Shown here: piece by piece, positions 8,809 through 16,948 of the stretch
Numbering within the stretch: position 1 is the stretch's first letter
Layout of the letters: every line of letters begins with the position of its first letter
Assembly (NCBI RefSeq): GCF_000621645.1
Contig: NZ_JHXR01000003.1
Location: forward strand, 210,001-242,000
Source of the DNA: Vibrio cholerae ATCC 14035
Lineage (GTDB): Bacteria; Pseudomonadota; Gammaproteobacteria; Enterobacterales; Vibrionaceae
Reading direction: 5' to 3'
DNA: 32,000 bases
Notes under the pieces: model-generated
Told to the model about the DNA's origin: nothing
Seen by the model: the letters and a program-made list of their open reading frames with translations, nothing else
Databases searched by the model: none
Position numbers and translations under genes: made by a program

Positions 8809-8836
8809 TGATCGACGAATGAACTCTTTTCGTATA
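8809..8836 (+). promoter_or_regulatory. candidate ECF (ChrR-type sigma) promoter upstream of the Lon-N-domain gene
   Basis: TGATC (8809-8813), a 17-nt spacer, then CGTATA (8831-8836); the motif ends 30 nt before the ATG at 8867. The same bipartite motif with the same spacing recurs upstream of the sigma gene. Confidence 0.5.
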
Positions 8837-8866
8837 CCTAAGTAAATTTATGAAAAGGAGTGAGTA

Positions 8867-9448
8867 ATGGAAGAGATAATGTTGTTTCCACTTAGCTCCG
8901 TCGTACTTCCTGAAGGGAAAATGAAGCTGCGAATTTTTGAACCGCGCTATCAGCGTATGGTCGCTCAGTGCAGTAAAACGGGCAGTGGATTTGGTCTCTG
9001 TTTGTTCGATAGTAAGTCGAATAAAAATGCAAACGAATTATCTGAGTTTGGGACTTTAGTCAAAATCGTTGATTTTGAAACGTTAAGTGATGGTTTGCTT
9101 GGGATCACAGTCGTCGGTATACGACGTTTTGCGATTCGCAAAGTTCGGGTTGAATATGACGGTTTGCGGATTGCTACAGTACAGTGGTTTCCGGATTGGC
9201 CAAGCCAAGAATTGTTAGAGCGGGAGCGCTTTTTAGGCGAGCAATTGCAGGAAGTCTATCGGCAATTTCCACAAATTGGTGAGTTGCACAGTTTGTGCTT
9301 TTTTGATGATGCGAGCTGGGTCTGTCAACGTTGGCTAGAACTGCTACCTTTAAGCAAAGGACAGTTTGATGTGCTGGTTGGGCAGCGAGATTGCCATGCA
9401 GCTTTAGCTTTTTTACAGCGTACCATTGAGTCGCATCTCGACACGTGA
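8867..9448 (+). CDS. Lon protease N-terminal (substrate-binding, PUA-like) domain protein, stand-alone
   Basis: The 193-aa ORF has an AAAGGAG SD 7 nt upstream. MLFPLSSVVLPEGKMKLRIFEPRYQRMV is the typical start of a LON N-domain. No ATPase or protease domain is present. Confidence 0.75.
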   Translation: MEEIMLFPLSSVVLPEGKMKLRIFEPRYQRMVAQCSKTGSGFGLCLFDSKSNKNANELSEFGTLVKIVDFETLSDGLLGITVVGIRRFAIRKVRVEYDGLRIATVQWFPDWPSQELLERERFLGEQLQEVYRQFPQIGELHSLCFFDDASWVCQRWLELLPLSKGQFDVLVGQRDCHAALAFLQRTIESHLDT

Positions 9449-9467
9449 ACAATTTGCTTGTGGCGAA

Positions 9468-9495
9468 TGATCTCAAGTGGTAACACTGACGTATA
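9468..9495 (+). promoter_or_regulatory. candidate autoregulatory ECF promoter upstream of the sigma/chrR operon
   Basis: TGATC (9468-9472), a 17-nt spacer, then CGTATA (9490-9495); the motif ends 43 nt before the ATG at 9539. The architecture is identical to 8809-8836. Confidence 0.5.
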
Positions 9496-9538
9496 GGCTT
9501 ACTAGGGTGTTCGCCTGAGTCATTAAGGATGAGTTTAT

Positions 9539-10123
9539 ATGTTTAATCCATCACCTCATACGTTTGGCCGCCAAGAGTGGCTAGAGTGTATGGAAAAAGT
9601 TAAAAGCAGGGACACACAGGCTTTTGCTCTGGTATTTAGCTATTACTCGCCGAAATTGAAGCAGTTTGTGATGAAGCATGTCGGTAGTGAACAGGTAGCG
9701 TTGGAATTGGTTCAAGAAACCATGTCAACCGTATGGCAAAAAGCTAGTCTGTTTGATGGGCAGAAAAGCTCTCTCGCGACTTGGATTTACACCATAGCGC
9801 GTAACCTAAGTTATGACTTGTTACGTCGACAAAAGGGGCGTGACGCTTATGTGTTGGCCGATGATATTTGGCCGGAAGATTATTGTCCTCCTGATCTGGT
9901 TGATCACTACGCACCGGAACAAGATCTGCTCAAAGAGCAGGTGATGAAATTTCTCGACCGCCTGCCAGAAGCACAGCAGCAAGTGATCAAAGCGGTCTAT
10001 TTAGAAGAAATCCCCCAGCAAGATGTGGCCGATATGCTCGACATTCCACTCGGCACTGTGAAATCACGTCTACGTCTTGCGGTAGAAAAGTTAAGATTAT
10101 CAATGGATGCGGAGTCCTTATGA
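9539..10123 (+). CDS. ECF-type RNA polymerase sigma-70 family factor (RpoE/ChrR-type)
   Basis: The 194-aa product has sigma region 2 (ALELVQETMSTVWQKA, WIYTIARN) and region 4 (EIPQQDVADMLDIPLGTVKSRL). An AAGGA SD is present. Its stop overlaps the chrR start as ATGA. Confidence 0.88.
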   Translation: MFNPSPHTFGRQEWLECMEKVKSRDTQAFALVFSYYSPKLKQFVMKHVGSEQVALELVQETMSTVWQKASLFDGQKSSLATWIYTIARNLSYDLLRRQKGRDAYVLADDIWPEDYCPPDLVDHYAPEQDLLKEQVMKFLDRLPEAQQQVIKAVYLEEIPQQDVADMLDIPLGTVKSRLRLAVEKLRLSMDAESL

Positions 10124-10800
10124 GTTATCACCCTAATTATGCTTTACTCGCAGCCTATGCTGAGGGCGGTCTTGATTCTGCGCATGGTTTGGCGATTTCT
10201 GCTCATTTGGAAATCTGCCCACATTGTCGTGACTTGGTGCATGAGATTGAGGCAGAACTTGGTGAGTTACTCAATCAGCAAGCGGCCTCTTCTGTCGCCT
10301 TGTCAGACGATGCCAACTGGCAAGCGATGTTCGATTCGATTGTGGCCTTGCCGCAGCAAGCGGCATCGAACACTCCCGTTAAAACCACACCGGTAATGGT
10401 GACGGTAAACGGTAAGCAGATTGCGATTCCCAAAGTCTTAGCGCGTTTGGTTAAACCTGAGCAGCAGTGGCGCAGCTACGGTGGCAAAGTGTTCAGTTTA
10501 CCTTTGCAGTCGGAAGATAATGTACGGATGAATCTGATGTACATCAGCCAAGGGGTTTCTATTCCTCAGCACACCCATAAAGGGTTTGAGTCGACCTTGG
10601 TGTTGCACGGTGGTTTTAGTGATGAAAATGGTCATTACGATGTGGGTGATTTTATGCAGCATGATGGTCAAATCTGCCATTCGCCAAGCACACCGCAAGA
10701 TCAAGACTGCCTTTGCTTAACCGTATTGACTGAGCCTATGGTCTTTACCCAAGGGGTAGCGCGGATCTTTAACCTGTTTGGCAAGGGACTTTACCCGTAA
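10120..10800 (+). CDS. chrR: anti-sigma factor ChrR (zinc-binding ZAS domain plus C-terminal cupin)
   Basis: The ZAS motif H-x3-C-x2-C appears as HLEICPHC. A C-terminal cupin motif is present (HTHKGFESTLVLHGGF). The gene is translationally coupled to the sigma gene. Confidence 0.88.
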   Translation: MSYHPNYALLAAYAEGGLDSAHGLAISAHLEICPHCRDLVHEIEAELGELLNQQAASSVALSDDANWQAMFDSIVALPQQAASNTPVKTTPVMVTVNGKQIAIPKVLARLVKPEQQWRSYGGKVFSLPLQSEDNVRMNLMYISQGVSIPQHTHKGFESTLVLHGGFSDENGHYDVGDFMQHDGQICHSPSTPQDQDCLCLTVLTEPMVFTQGVARIFNLFGKGLYP

Positions 10801-10821
10801 CCGTTAATGAGCTTGAAAATA

Positions 10822-10849
10822 AACAAGGGAGCGATGAAGCTCCCTTGTT
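10822..10849. terminator. hairpin terminator between convergent chrR and ampG
   Basis: A perfect 11-bp stem pairs AACAAGGGAGC with GCTCCCTTGTT around the loop GATGAA. The U-rich tract is good on the minus strand (ampG side) and weak on the plus strand. Confidence 0.75.
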
Positions 10850-10887
10850 GGTTTAGTGAAGGGTTTATTTGGTGAATGGTGTGCGCC

Positions 10888-12276
10888 TTACTGGATGATT
10901 TTATCCTCAGGCGGTAACTCTTCTTTATGCTGCTTCGCGTTTTCTAGCATCTTAGTGAAGTCATGACGTAGCGAGTAAAGCATGATCAAACTTGGGATCA
11001 CCATTACCGCGGTCAAAATGAAGAACAGTGACCAGTCGTTCAGAAAATCCGCTAACTCACCACTAAACGAAGCGATAGTGGTTCTGCCTAAATTACCTAA
11101 TGAAGCCAGCAACGCGTATTGCGTGGCGGAAAATGCCTGTCCAGTCATTAAGGTCAGGAAGGAAACAAAGGCTACCGTTGAGAAGGCAGAAGTGAAGTTA
11201 TCGACGAAGAGAGTCGCTAAAAATAGGTGCTCATTCGGACCGACTTTGGCTATCCAAGCAAACATCAAGTTACTAGACGCCATGGCGATGCCACCAATCA
11301 TTAATCCTCGCACAATACCGAACTTGATATTGACTAAGCTGCCAAGCAAGGTGAACAAAATGGTGATACCCCAACCGAGTAGCTTAGAGTAGTAGCCAAT
11401 CTGTTCGTTGCTAAAACCAATTTCTTTGTAAAAGGCAATCGACATGCGTCCTAAGAAGGCTTCGCCGATTTTGAACAGAAAGACAAACAGCAGCAGTGTC
11501 AGCGCAACACGAAAACCATTACGGCGGAAAAAGTCGATAAACGGCTCTAAGACCGTGACGGTTAACCAACTAAGCACCGGATTGCTGACAACCTGTTGGT
11601 GGCGTTCTTCAGCAAGTTGCTGTAATTGATCCCGCTGAGTGTGTGGCTCACCTACCAGCAAGGTAAACAACATCAATAAGCCAACCACTCCTGCCATAAT
11701 GTAGTAAACCCCATTCCAGCCAATGCTATCGGCATTGACGAAAGCGAAGTAGCCGGGAAGCGAGTAACCCGTCCACCAACCGACGACCGCCATGGCAGAT
11801 GCTTGTGGCAATTTGGTTGATTCACTTTTTGGGAAGGTATCTATCCGGAAGGCATCGACAGCCACATCTTGCGTCGCCGAGGCAATCGCAATCCCCAAAG
11901 CGAACATGGAAGTCAGCATAAGATTGTTGGCTGGGTTAACACCTGCGATGAGTAACGTACAGACTAGAACGATGGATTGGCAGAAAAAGATCCAGCTTCG
12001 GCGCTGACCAAGCATCGAATGTAGAATGGGTAACTTGACTCTATCGACCAGTGGTGCCCAGAGAAAGTTGATCGCGTATACCGCAAACACACTGCCAAAA
12101 TAGCCGATGGCAGCGCGGCTGAGTCCGGCATCTTTCAGCCAGCCAGTCATGTTGGAACCAATCAATACCCATGGGAAGCCGCTGGCACAACCCAGCATAA
12201 ATACCCAGAGCAAGCGTCGATCAAAATAGCTAACAATAAGTTCTAGCCAAGAATGGGACCGGGGTTGCTGAACCAT
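10888..12276 (-). CDS. ampG: AmpG-family muropeptide (anhydromuropeptide) MFS permease
   Basis: The 462-aa product is a polytopic MFS protein with AmpG-like motifs (LGQRRSW, VDAFRID). An AAGGA SD lies 8 nt upstream of the ATG at 12276. It sits in a yajG context, as in E. coli. Confidence 0.88.
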   Translation of the reverse strand: MVQQPRSHSWLELIVSYFDRRLLWVFMLGCASGFPWVLIGSNMTGWLKDAGLSRAAIGYFGSVFAVYAINFLWAPLVDRVKLPILHSMLGQRRSWIFFCQSIVLVCTLLIAGVNPANNLMLTSMFALGIAIASATQDVAVDAFRIDTFPKSESTKLPQASAMAVVGWWTGYSLPGYFAFVNADSIGWNGVYYIMAGVVGLLMLFTLLVGEPHTQRDQLQQLAEERHQQVVSNPVLSWLTVTVLEPFIDFFRRNGFRVALTLLLFVFLFKIGEAFLGRMSIAFYKEIGFSNEQIGYYSKLLGWGITILFTLLGSLVNIKFGIVRGLMIGGIAMASSNLMFAWIAKVGPNEHLFLATLFVDNFTSAFSTVAFVSFLTLMTGQAFSATQYALLASLGNLGRTTIASFSGELADFLNDWSLFFILTAVMVIPSLIMLYSLRHDFTKMLENAKQHKEELPPEDKIIQ

Positions 12277-12309
12277 AACGAGTCCTTTTGCATGTGATTA
12301 TGATGATTG

Positions 12310-12335
12310 CCGCACTCCCGAGTTCAGGAGTGCGG
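12310..12335 (-). other. GC-rich stem-loop without U-tract between ppiA and ampG
   Basis: A 9-bp stem pairs CCGCACTCC (12310-12318) with GGAGTGCGG (12327-12335) around an 8-nt loop. No T-run follows on the minus strand. It could be an attenuator, an RNA-stability element or a processing element. Confidence 0.5.
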
Positions 12336-12344
12336 TGAGGCAGT

Positions 12345-12893
12345 TTAAGGTAAGCGAGTGACTTTATTAATGACGATGGGTGTGACAGGAACGTTCTGCA
12401 TTCGACCTTTATTTTGAGTCGGTTGCTGAGCCATTTTTTCAATCACATCAAACCCTTCGATCACTTGACCAAACACCGCATAGCCCGGCGGCTTTGCGGC
12501 ATAGTTCAAGAAATCATTATCCACCAAGTTAATGTAAAACTGTCTTGTTGCCGAATTCGGGTTTTGCGTACGAGCCATGGCAATGGTCGCGGTATCATTA
12601 CGCAAGCCATTGCTGGCTTCATTCTCGATCGGGGCGTAAGTCGGTAGCTGATTAAGATAAGCATCAAAGCCACCTCCTTGCGCCATAAAGCCTGGGATCA
12701 CGCGATGAAATTGGCTGCCAACATAGCTGCCGTCATCCACATAGCGTAAGAAATTCGCAACCGAGATCGGTGCTTTTTCTTGATTCAGCTCGATCGTGAA
12801 ATTGCCGAGTGTGGTTTCCACTGCGACTTTGGGACCCGCCCACACGCAACTGCTGACCAGTGCTACGGTTGCCAATAGCCATGACTTAGCCAT
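12345..12893 (-). CDS. ppiA: periplasmic peptidyl-prolyl cis-trans isomerase A (cyclophilin type)
   Basis: I trimmed the start to the ATG at 12893, giving the signal peptide MAKSWLLATVALVSSCVWA. Cyclophilin motifs are present (FHRVIPGFMAQGGGF, TIAMAR, YAVFGQV). The ATG lies inside the last codons of yajG, an 8-nt overlap. Confidence 0.9.
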   Translation of the reverse strand: MAKSWLLATVALVSSCVWAGPKVAVETTLGNFTIELNQEKAPISVANFLRYVDDGSYVGSQFHRVIPGFMAQGGGFDAYLNQLPTYAPIENEASNGLRNDTATIAMARTQNPNSATRQFYINLVDNDFLNYAAKPPGYAVFGQVIEGFDVIEKMAQQPTQNKGRMQNVPVTPIVINKVTRLP

Positions 12894-13461
12894 TAAAGCG
12901 CTCCTGCATGTAGTTTTGCAGCTCGGCATCGTTAGCGATCTCTTTGAGCACAGTGTTGATCACGTCATTGAGTACGGTTTCAATTTCATCGTTAGAGGCA
13001 CTGAGAACGCCAGTACGTTTTGCGGTGCCTGTGTAGCTTTTCACCAACTTGCCTCTTGGTGTTTCAGCCGTGATTTCCAATACCACGCTGCCATCCATTT
13101 GGTTTTCCATGATTGAGTGCTTCACGGAGACCAAAAGTTCTTGGATTTCGAGAGTGATGGTGTTTTCACTATTGACGCTGAGACGGAAACCTTGCGATCC
13201 AAACTGTTCAGCCAGGGCGTTTTCTAGCGTAATGCGCACATTTTGGCGTGGATGAATGGGCTCAATATTGTTACGACCACTATCGACTAAAGCCACATAT
13301 TGCGCTGAACGCACATCTTTGCTGACCAGCGAAAAGCTGCTGTTATTCACAATCGCATTTTGGCTTAATGCCGCTTGAGGGTTAACGTTGATTTGACTCT
13401 GCTGAGGAGCAGAACAAGCGGTAAGTAAAGCGATTGAAGCCGCAAGAACCAGTTTTTTCAT
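12886..13461 (-). CDS. yajG: YajG-family lipoprotein
   Basis: I trimmed the start to the ATG at 13461, which has an AAGGAA SD. The signal sequence is MKKLVLAASIALLTAC, with lipobox LTAC. The 191-aa length is close to E. coli YajG, and the gene lies upstream of ampG as in E. coli. Confidence 0.8.
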   Translation of the reverse strand: MKKLVLAASIALLTACSAPQQSQINVNPQAALSQNAIVNNSSFSLVSKDVRSAQYVALVDSGRNNIEPIHPRQNVRITLENALAEQFGSQGFRLSVNSENTITLEIQELLVSVKHSIMENQMDGSVVLEITAETPRGKLVKSYTGTAKRTGVLSASNDEIETVLNDVINTVLKEIANDAELQNYMQERFNG

Positions 13462-13502
13462 GGTTAATTCCTTTCGTTTTATTGTGCACACAGCCGCAAG
13501 GC

Positions 13503-14633
13503 TCAAGATTTAATAGCTTGTAAGATAACAAATTTACTGTTGTTGGCGATCACTCTAACATGACTTTTACCAAACAATCTTGCCAGTTTTACATCGTAGC
13601 CGAGGTGGCGATTGCCGATCACCCATAATTTCCCGCCTTTTTTCAGAACATGCTTTGAGTCACAGAACATTTGCCACGCGATGTGATCCGTAATGGTTTG
13701 TTGTTGATGGAACGGCGGATTACACACAATCATTGAACTACTGTGCGCTGGGAAACCATCCAGACAGTTGTTGGCGATACAGTGAATATCTCGTTTACCG
13801 AGATTGTCGTGTAAGTTTTTTTGTGCGGAGGCGATCGCCATAAAGCTTTCATCAACACAGGTGATCTTCGCTTGTGGGTTTAATTGTCCGAGACGAACCG
13901 ATAACACGCCATTGCCACACCCAAGATCAATAAAGTCTTCCAGAGTCGGATCGGCTGGCAAATGCTCAAGGATAAATCTGGAACCCAGATCTAAACTTTC
14001 ACCCGAATACACATTCGGTAAGTTAGTGAGGGTGATAGCATAAGGCTCAATGCTCCAACCGCATTCAGGGTTAACCTCATTAGCGGGATTCACCGTCGCA
14101 GAACTGAACACTAAACGATGTTTTTTCCACGCCAGCGAAGTGGTGGTGGGGCCTAGATGCTTTTCAAACAGATTCAAGGTTGATGTATGAATCTCCTTCG
14201 CTTTATTCACCGCAATGATCGGGATGTTCGGCGAAAGGGCTTTACGCAGTTGGCTCAGGATCCACACCAGATGACGATTACTCTTGGGCAGTTGCAGTAG
14301 CACGACAGAGGCATCATTAGGGACCGGATCCAACGTCGTCAGTAACTGAACTGGCGGACGCTGATTTTGCTGCAAATTCGCTTGAGTCGCTTGATGGGCA
14401 ATGTAGGAGTCACTCATCATGCTGACTTTATGTTTTTGACTAAACCAACAACTTAAAGTGCCGAAATGGTCATTAATGATCACTATATGGCTAGATTCTG
14501 GGAGGGCGAGTTGTTCCACATGCTGGATGAGGTACTCATCGCCGGCATCCCAAGCTTGCAAAGTTTCGTTATTGCGCTTTGGGAAACGATGAAGAGTGAG
14601 CGTCTGCTCAAGCAAAGTAAGCTCAGTTTTCAT
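13503..14633 (-). CDS. rlmG: 23S rRNA (guanine1835-N2)-methyltransferase RlmG
   Basis: I trimmed the start to the ATG at 14633, giving 376 aa. The N-terminus, LTLHRFPKRNNETLQAWDAGDEYL, parallels E. coli RlmG. The SAM-binding motif DLGCGNG and the catalytic NPPFH are present. Confidence 0.88.
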   Translation of the reverse strand: MKTELTLLEQTLTLHRFPKRNNETLQAWDAGDEYLIQHVEQLALPESSHIVIINDHFGTLSCWFSQKHKVSMMSDSYIAHQATQANLQQNQRPPVQLLTTLDPVPNDASVVLLQLPKSNRHLVWILSQLRKALSPNIPIIAVNKAKEIHTSTLNLFEKHLGPTTTSLAWKKHRLVFSSATVNPANEVNPECGWSIEPYAITLTNLPNVYSGESLDLGSRFILEHLPADPTLEDFIDLGCGNGVLSVRLGQLNPQAKITCVDESFMAIASAQKNLHDNLGKRDIHCIANNCLDGFPAHSSSMIVCNPPFHQQQTITDHIAWQMFCDSKHVLKKGGKLWVIGNRHLGYDVKLARLFGKSHVRVIANNSKFVILQAIKS

Positions 14634-14695
14634 ATTGCTCGTGTTTCTAGTAAATTGACGGCGCATTGTCTCAGATGGCAATAAAACAGCAAATG

Positions 14696-14709
14696 AAAAC
14701 CTAGGTTTT
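14696..14709. repeat. perfect 14-bp palindrome AAAACCTAGGTTTT in the rlmG/bolA divergent promoter region
   Basis: Read directly. It lies 63 nt upstream of the rlmG ATG and 89 nt upstream of the bolA ATG. No regulator is assigned. Confidence 0.9.
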
Positions 14710-14797
14710 TGCATTTTTAGCCACACGCAAGACCCGCTATGGTCTATTCTCAATTTGTCATGTTGTCGACACTCAAGTGTTCAACAAGGAAAGCAAT

Positions 14798-15118
14798 ATG
14801 ATTCAAGATGTTATTGAAAAGAAGCTGAGTGATGAATTTCAGCCCGAGTTTCTGAAAGTGATTAATGAAAGTGATATGCACAACGTGCCGCGAGGTTCGG
14901 AGAGTCATTTTAAGGTCACAGTAGTGAGTGAACGCTTTGCCGGCCTGCGTCCTGTCGCTCGTCATCGTTTGGTCAATCAAACCTTGGCGGATGAGTTAGC
15001 GAATCATATCCACGCGCTCGCCATTCATACCTACACGACTCAAGAGTGGCAGCAAATGAATCAGGAAAGTCCAGAAAGCCCAATGTGTTTGGGGGGCTCG
15101 CGCAAAAGCGCTCAATGA
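14798..15118 (+). CDS. bolA: BolA-family transcriptional regulator / morphogene
   Basis: I trimmed the start to the ATG at 14798, which has an AAGGAA SD. The 106-aa product is colinear with E. coli BolA ([43 protein letters not shown]). Confidence 0.9.
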   Translation: MIQDVIEKKLSDEFQPEFLKVINESDMHNVPRGSESHFKVTVVSERFAGLRPVARHRLVNQTLADELANHIHALAIHTYTTQEWQQMNQESPESPMCLGGSRKSAQ

Positions 15119-15392
15119 TAGGTTTGATACCTATAACGCTTGATTGGATTTTGAGCAAATTATTAACACGGTTTAAACAAATGAGTTCGAATATTTCAGG
15201 TTATGCAGGGGTTTAGTGGCTTAAGTCAGTCAATAGGCCCACATAAAATAGGCCTTAGTGAGTTTGTGCGATGCTTCAAAAATATGATGATTTCTTAGCC
15301 TTTCACTCCGGATTCGTTTGAAATTAAACAGTGATTCAGGGCATTGGTCATGGCATCAAGTTCCCAAAAGATGCTAGACTACAGCACCTGAC

Positions 15393-15425
15393 AAATCCCC
15401 CACATGATTTGTGATGGGATTTTTA
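15393..15425 (+). terminator. terminator-like hairpin in the bolA-nqrA intergenic region
   Basis: AAATCCC (15393-15399) pairs with GGGATTT (15416-15422), and an inner CACA/TGTG helix is possible. TTTTT follows the GGGA. The hairpin lies 275 nt after the bolA stop and 178 nt before the nqrA ATG. I have not shown which transcript it ends. Confidence 0.35.
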
Positions 15426-15602
15426 AAAGGATGTTGCGATTTTAATGGTTCAAGCCATTAAAAACGGACACAAACAATGTCGTGTCTACCGAGGTAAGGA
15501 TTCCGCTAGCGTTGTTCAGTTGTAAGGACAAGGCAAACGGAGTGCGCCTCGAATTTGCGCAATGAAAGAATCTTTTTCCCGATAAAAGTAGTGCAAGTGC
15601 GT

Positions 15603-16943
15603 ATGATTACAATAAAAAAGGGATTGGACCTTCCTATCGCAGGAACTCCTTCCCAGGTGATTAGTGATGGTAAAGCCATCAAAAAAGTCGCCTTGCTTGG
15701 CGAAGAGTACGTTGGCATGCGTCCTACTATGCATGTCCGCGTAGGTGATGAAGTAAAAAAAGCTCAGATTCTTTTTGAAGATAAGAAGAATCCGGGTGTG
15801 AAATTTACTTCACCAGTCAGCGGTAAAGTGGTTGAAATCAATCGTGGTGCAAAGCGCGTTCTTCAGTCTGTAGTGATTGAAGTGGCGGGTGATGACCAAG
15901 TGACCTTCGACAAGTTTGAAGCCAATCAATTAGCCAGTTTGAATCGCGATGCGATCAAAACTCAGCTGGTTGAGTCTGGTCTTTGGACTGCTTTCCGTAC
16001 TCGTCCGTTCAGCAAGGTTCCAGCCATTGATTCCACTTCTGAAGCCATTTTTGTCACTGCTATGGATACCAATCCGTTGGCAGCTGAGCCGACCGTTGTG
16101 ATCAATGAACAATCTGAAGCCTTCGTTGCTGGTCTAGATGTGCTTTCCGCACTGACAACTGGCAAAGTGTACGTTTGTAAAAAAGGCACCAGCTTGCCAC
16201 GTTCTCAACAGCCGAATGTTGAAGAACATGTCTTTGACGGCCCACATCCTGCAGGCTTAGCTGGCACTCACATGCATTTCCTCTATCCAGTAAGTGCAGA
16301 CCACGTGGCGTGGAGCATCAACTATCAGGACGTGATCGCAGTAGGTCAACTGTTCCTGACGGGCGAGCTATACACCCAGCGTGTGGTTTCTCTTGCCGGC
16401 CCGGTGGTGAACAAACCTCGTTTGGTTCGCACTGTCATGGGCGCATCACTAGAGCAACTGGTGGACAGCGAAATCATGCCTGGCGAAGTACGCATCATCT
16501 CTGGCTCTGTGCTGTCTGGTACGAAAGCCACTGGACCACACGCTTATCTTGGTCGTTACCACCTACAGGTCTCTGTTCTTCGTGAAGGACGTGATAAAGA
16601 ACTGTTTGGTTGGGCGATGCCGGGTAAGAACAAGTTCTCTGTGACTCGCTCTTTCCTTGGTCACCTATTCAAGGGCCAAGTGTACAACATGACCACAACC
16701 ACTAATGGTAGTGATCGATCTATGGTTCCAATCGGTAACTATGAGAAGGTCATGCCACTAGATATGGAGCCAACCTTGTTGCTTCGTGATCTGTGTGCTG
16801 GTGACAGTGACAGCGCGGTTCGCTTAGGTGCTTTAGAGCTGGATGAAGAAGATCTAGCACTGTGTACGTTCGTTTGCCCAGGCAAATACGAGTACGGTCA
16901 GCTCCTGCGTGAGTGCTTAGACAAGATCGAGAAAGAAGGGTAA
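15603..16943 (+). CDS. nqrA: Na+-translocating NADH:quinone oxidoreductase subunit A
   Basis: I trimmed the start to the ATG at 15603, giving 446 aa beginning [14 protein letters not shown], which I recognise as V. cholerae NqrA. It is the first gene of a six-gene nqr cluster. Confidence 0.95.
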
Positions 16944-16948
16944 TTTCC

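Noticed and set aside
15124-15139. TTGATACCTATAAC as a possible FNR half-site upstream of nqr.
   Set aside because: Only one arm matches TTGAT-N4-ATCAA. It lies about 470 nt from the nqrA ATG, immediately after the bolA stop.
15183-15199. A GAGTTCGAATATTTC segment resembling a tRNA T-arm (GTTCGAAT).
   Set aside because: The flanking bases cannot form the T-stem, and no acceptor or anticodon arms are present. It is not a tRNA or tRNA fragment that I can support.
15506-15734. Two minus-strand ORFs (70 and 72 aa) and the 16-codon N-terminal extension of nqrA (15555-15602).
   Set aside because: The minus-strand ORFs are antisense to the nqrA start region and have no SD. The accepted NqrA N-terminus is MITIKKG at 15603, and the extension has no family support.
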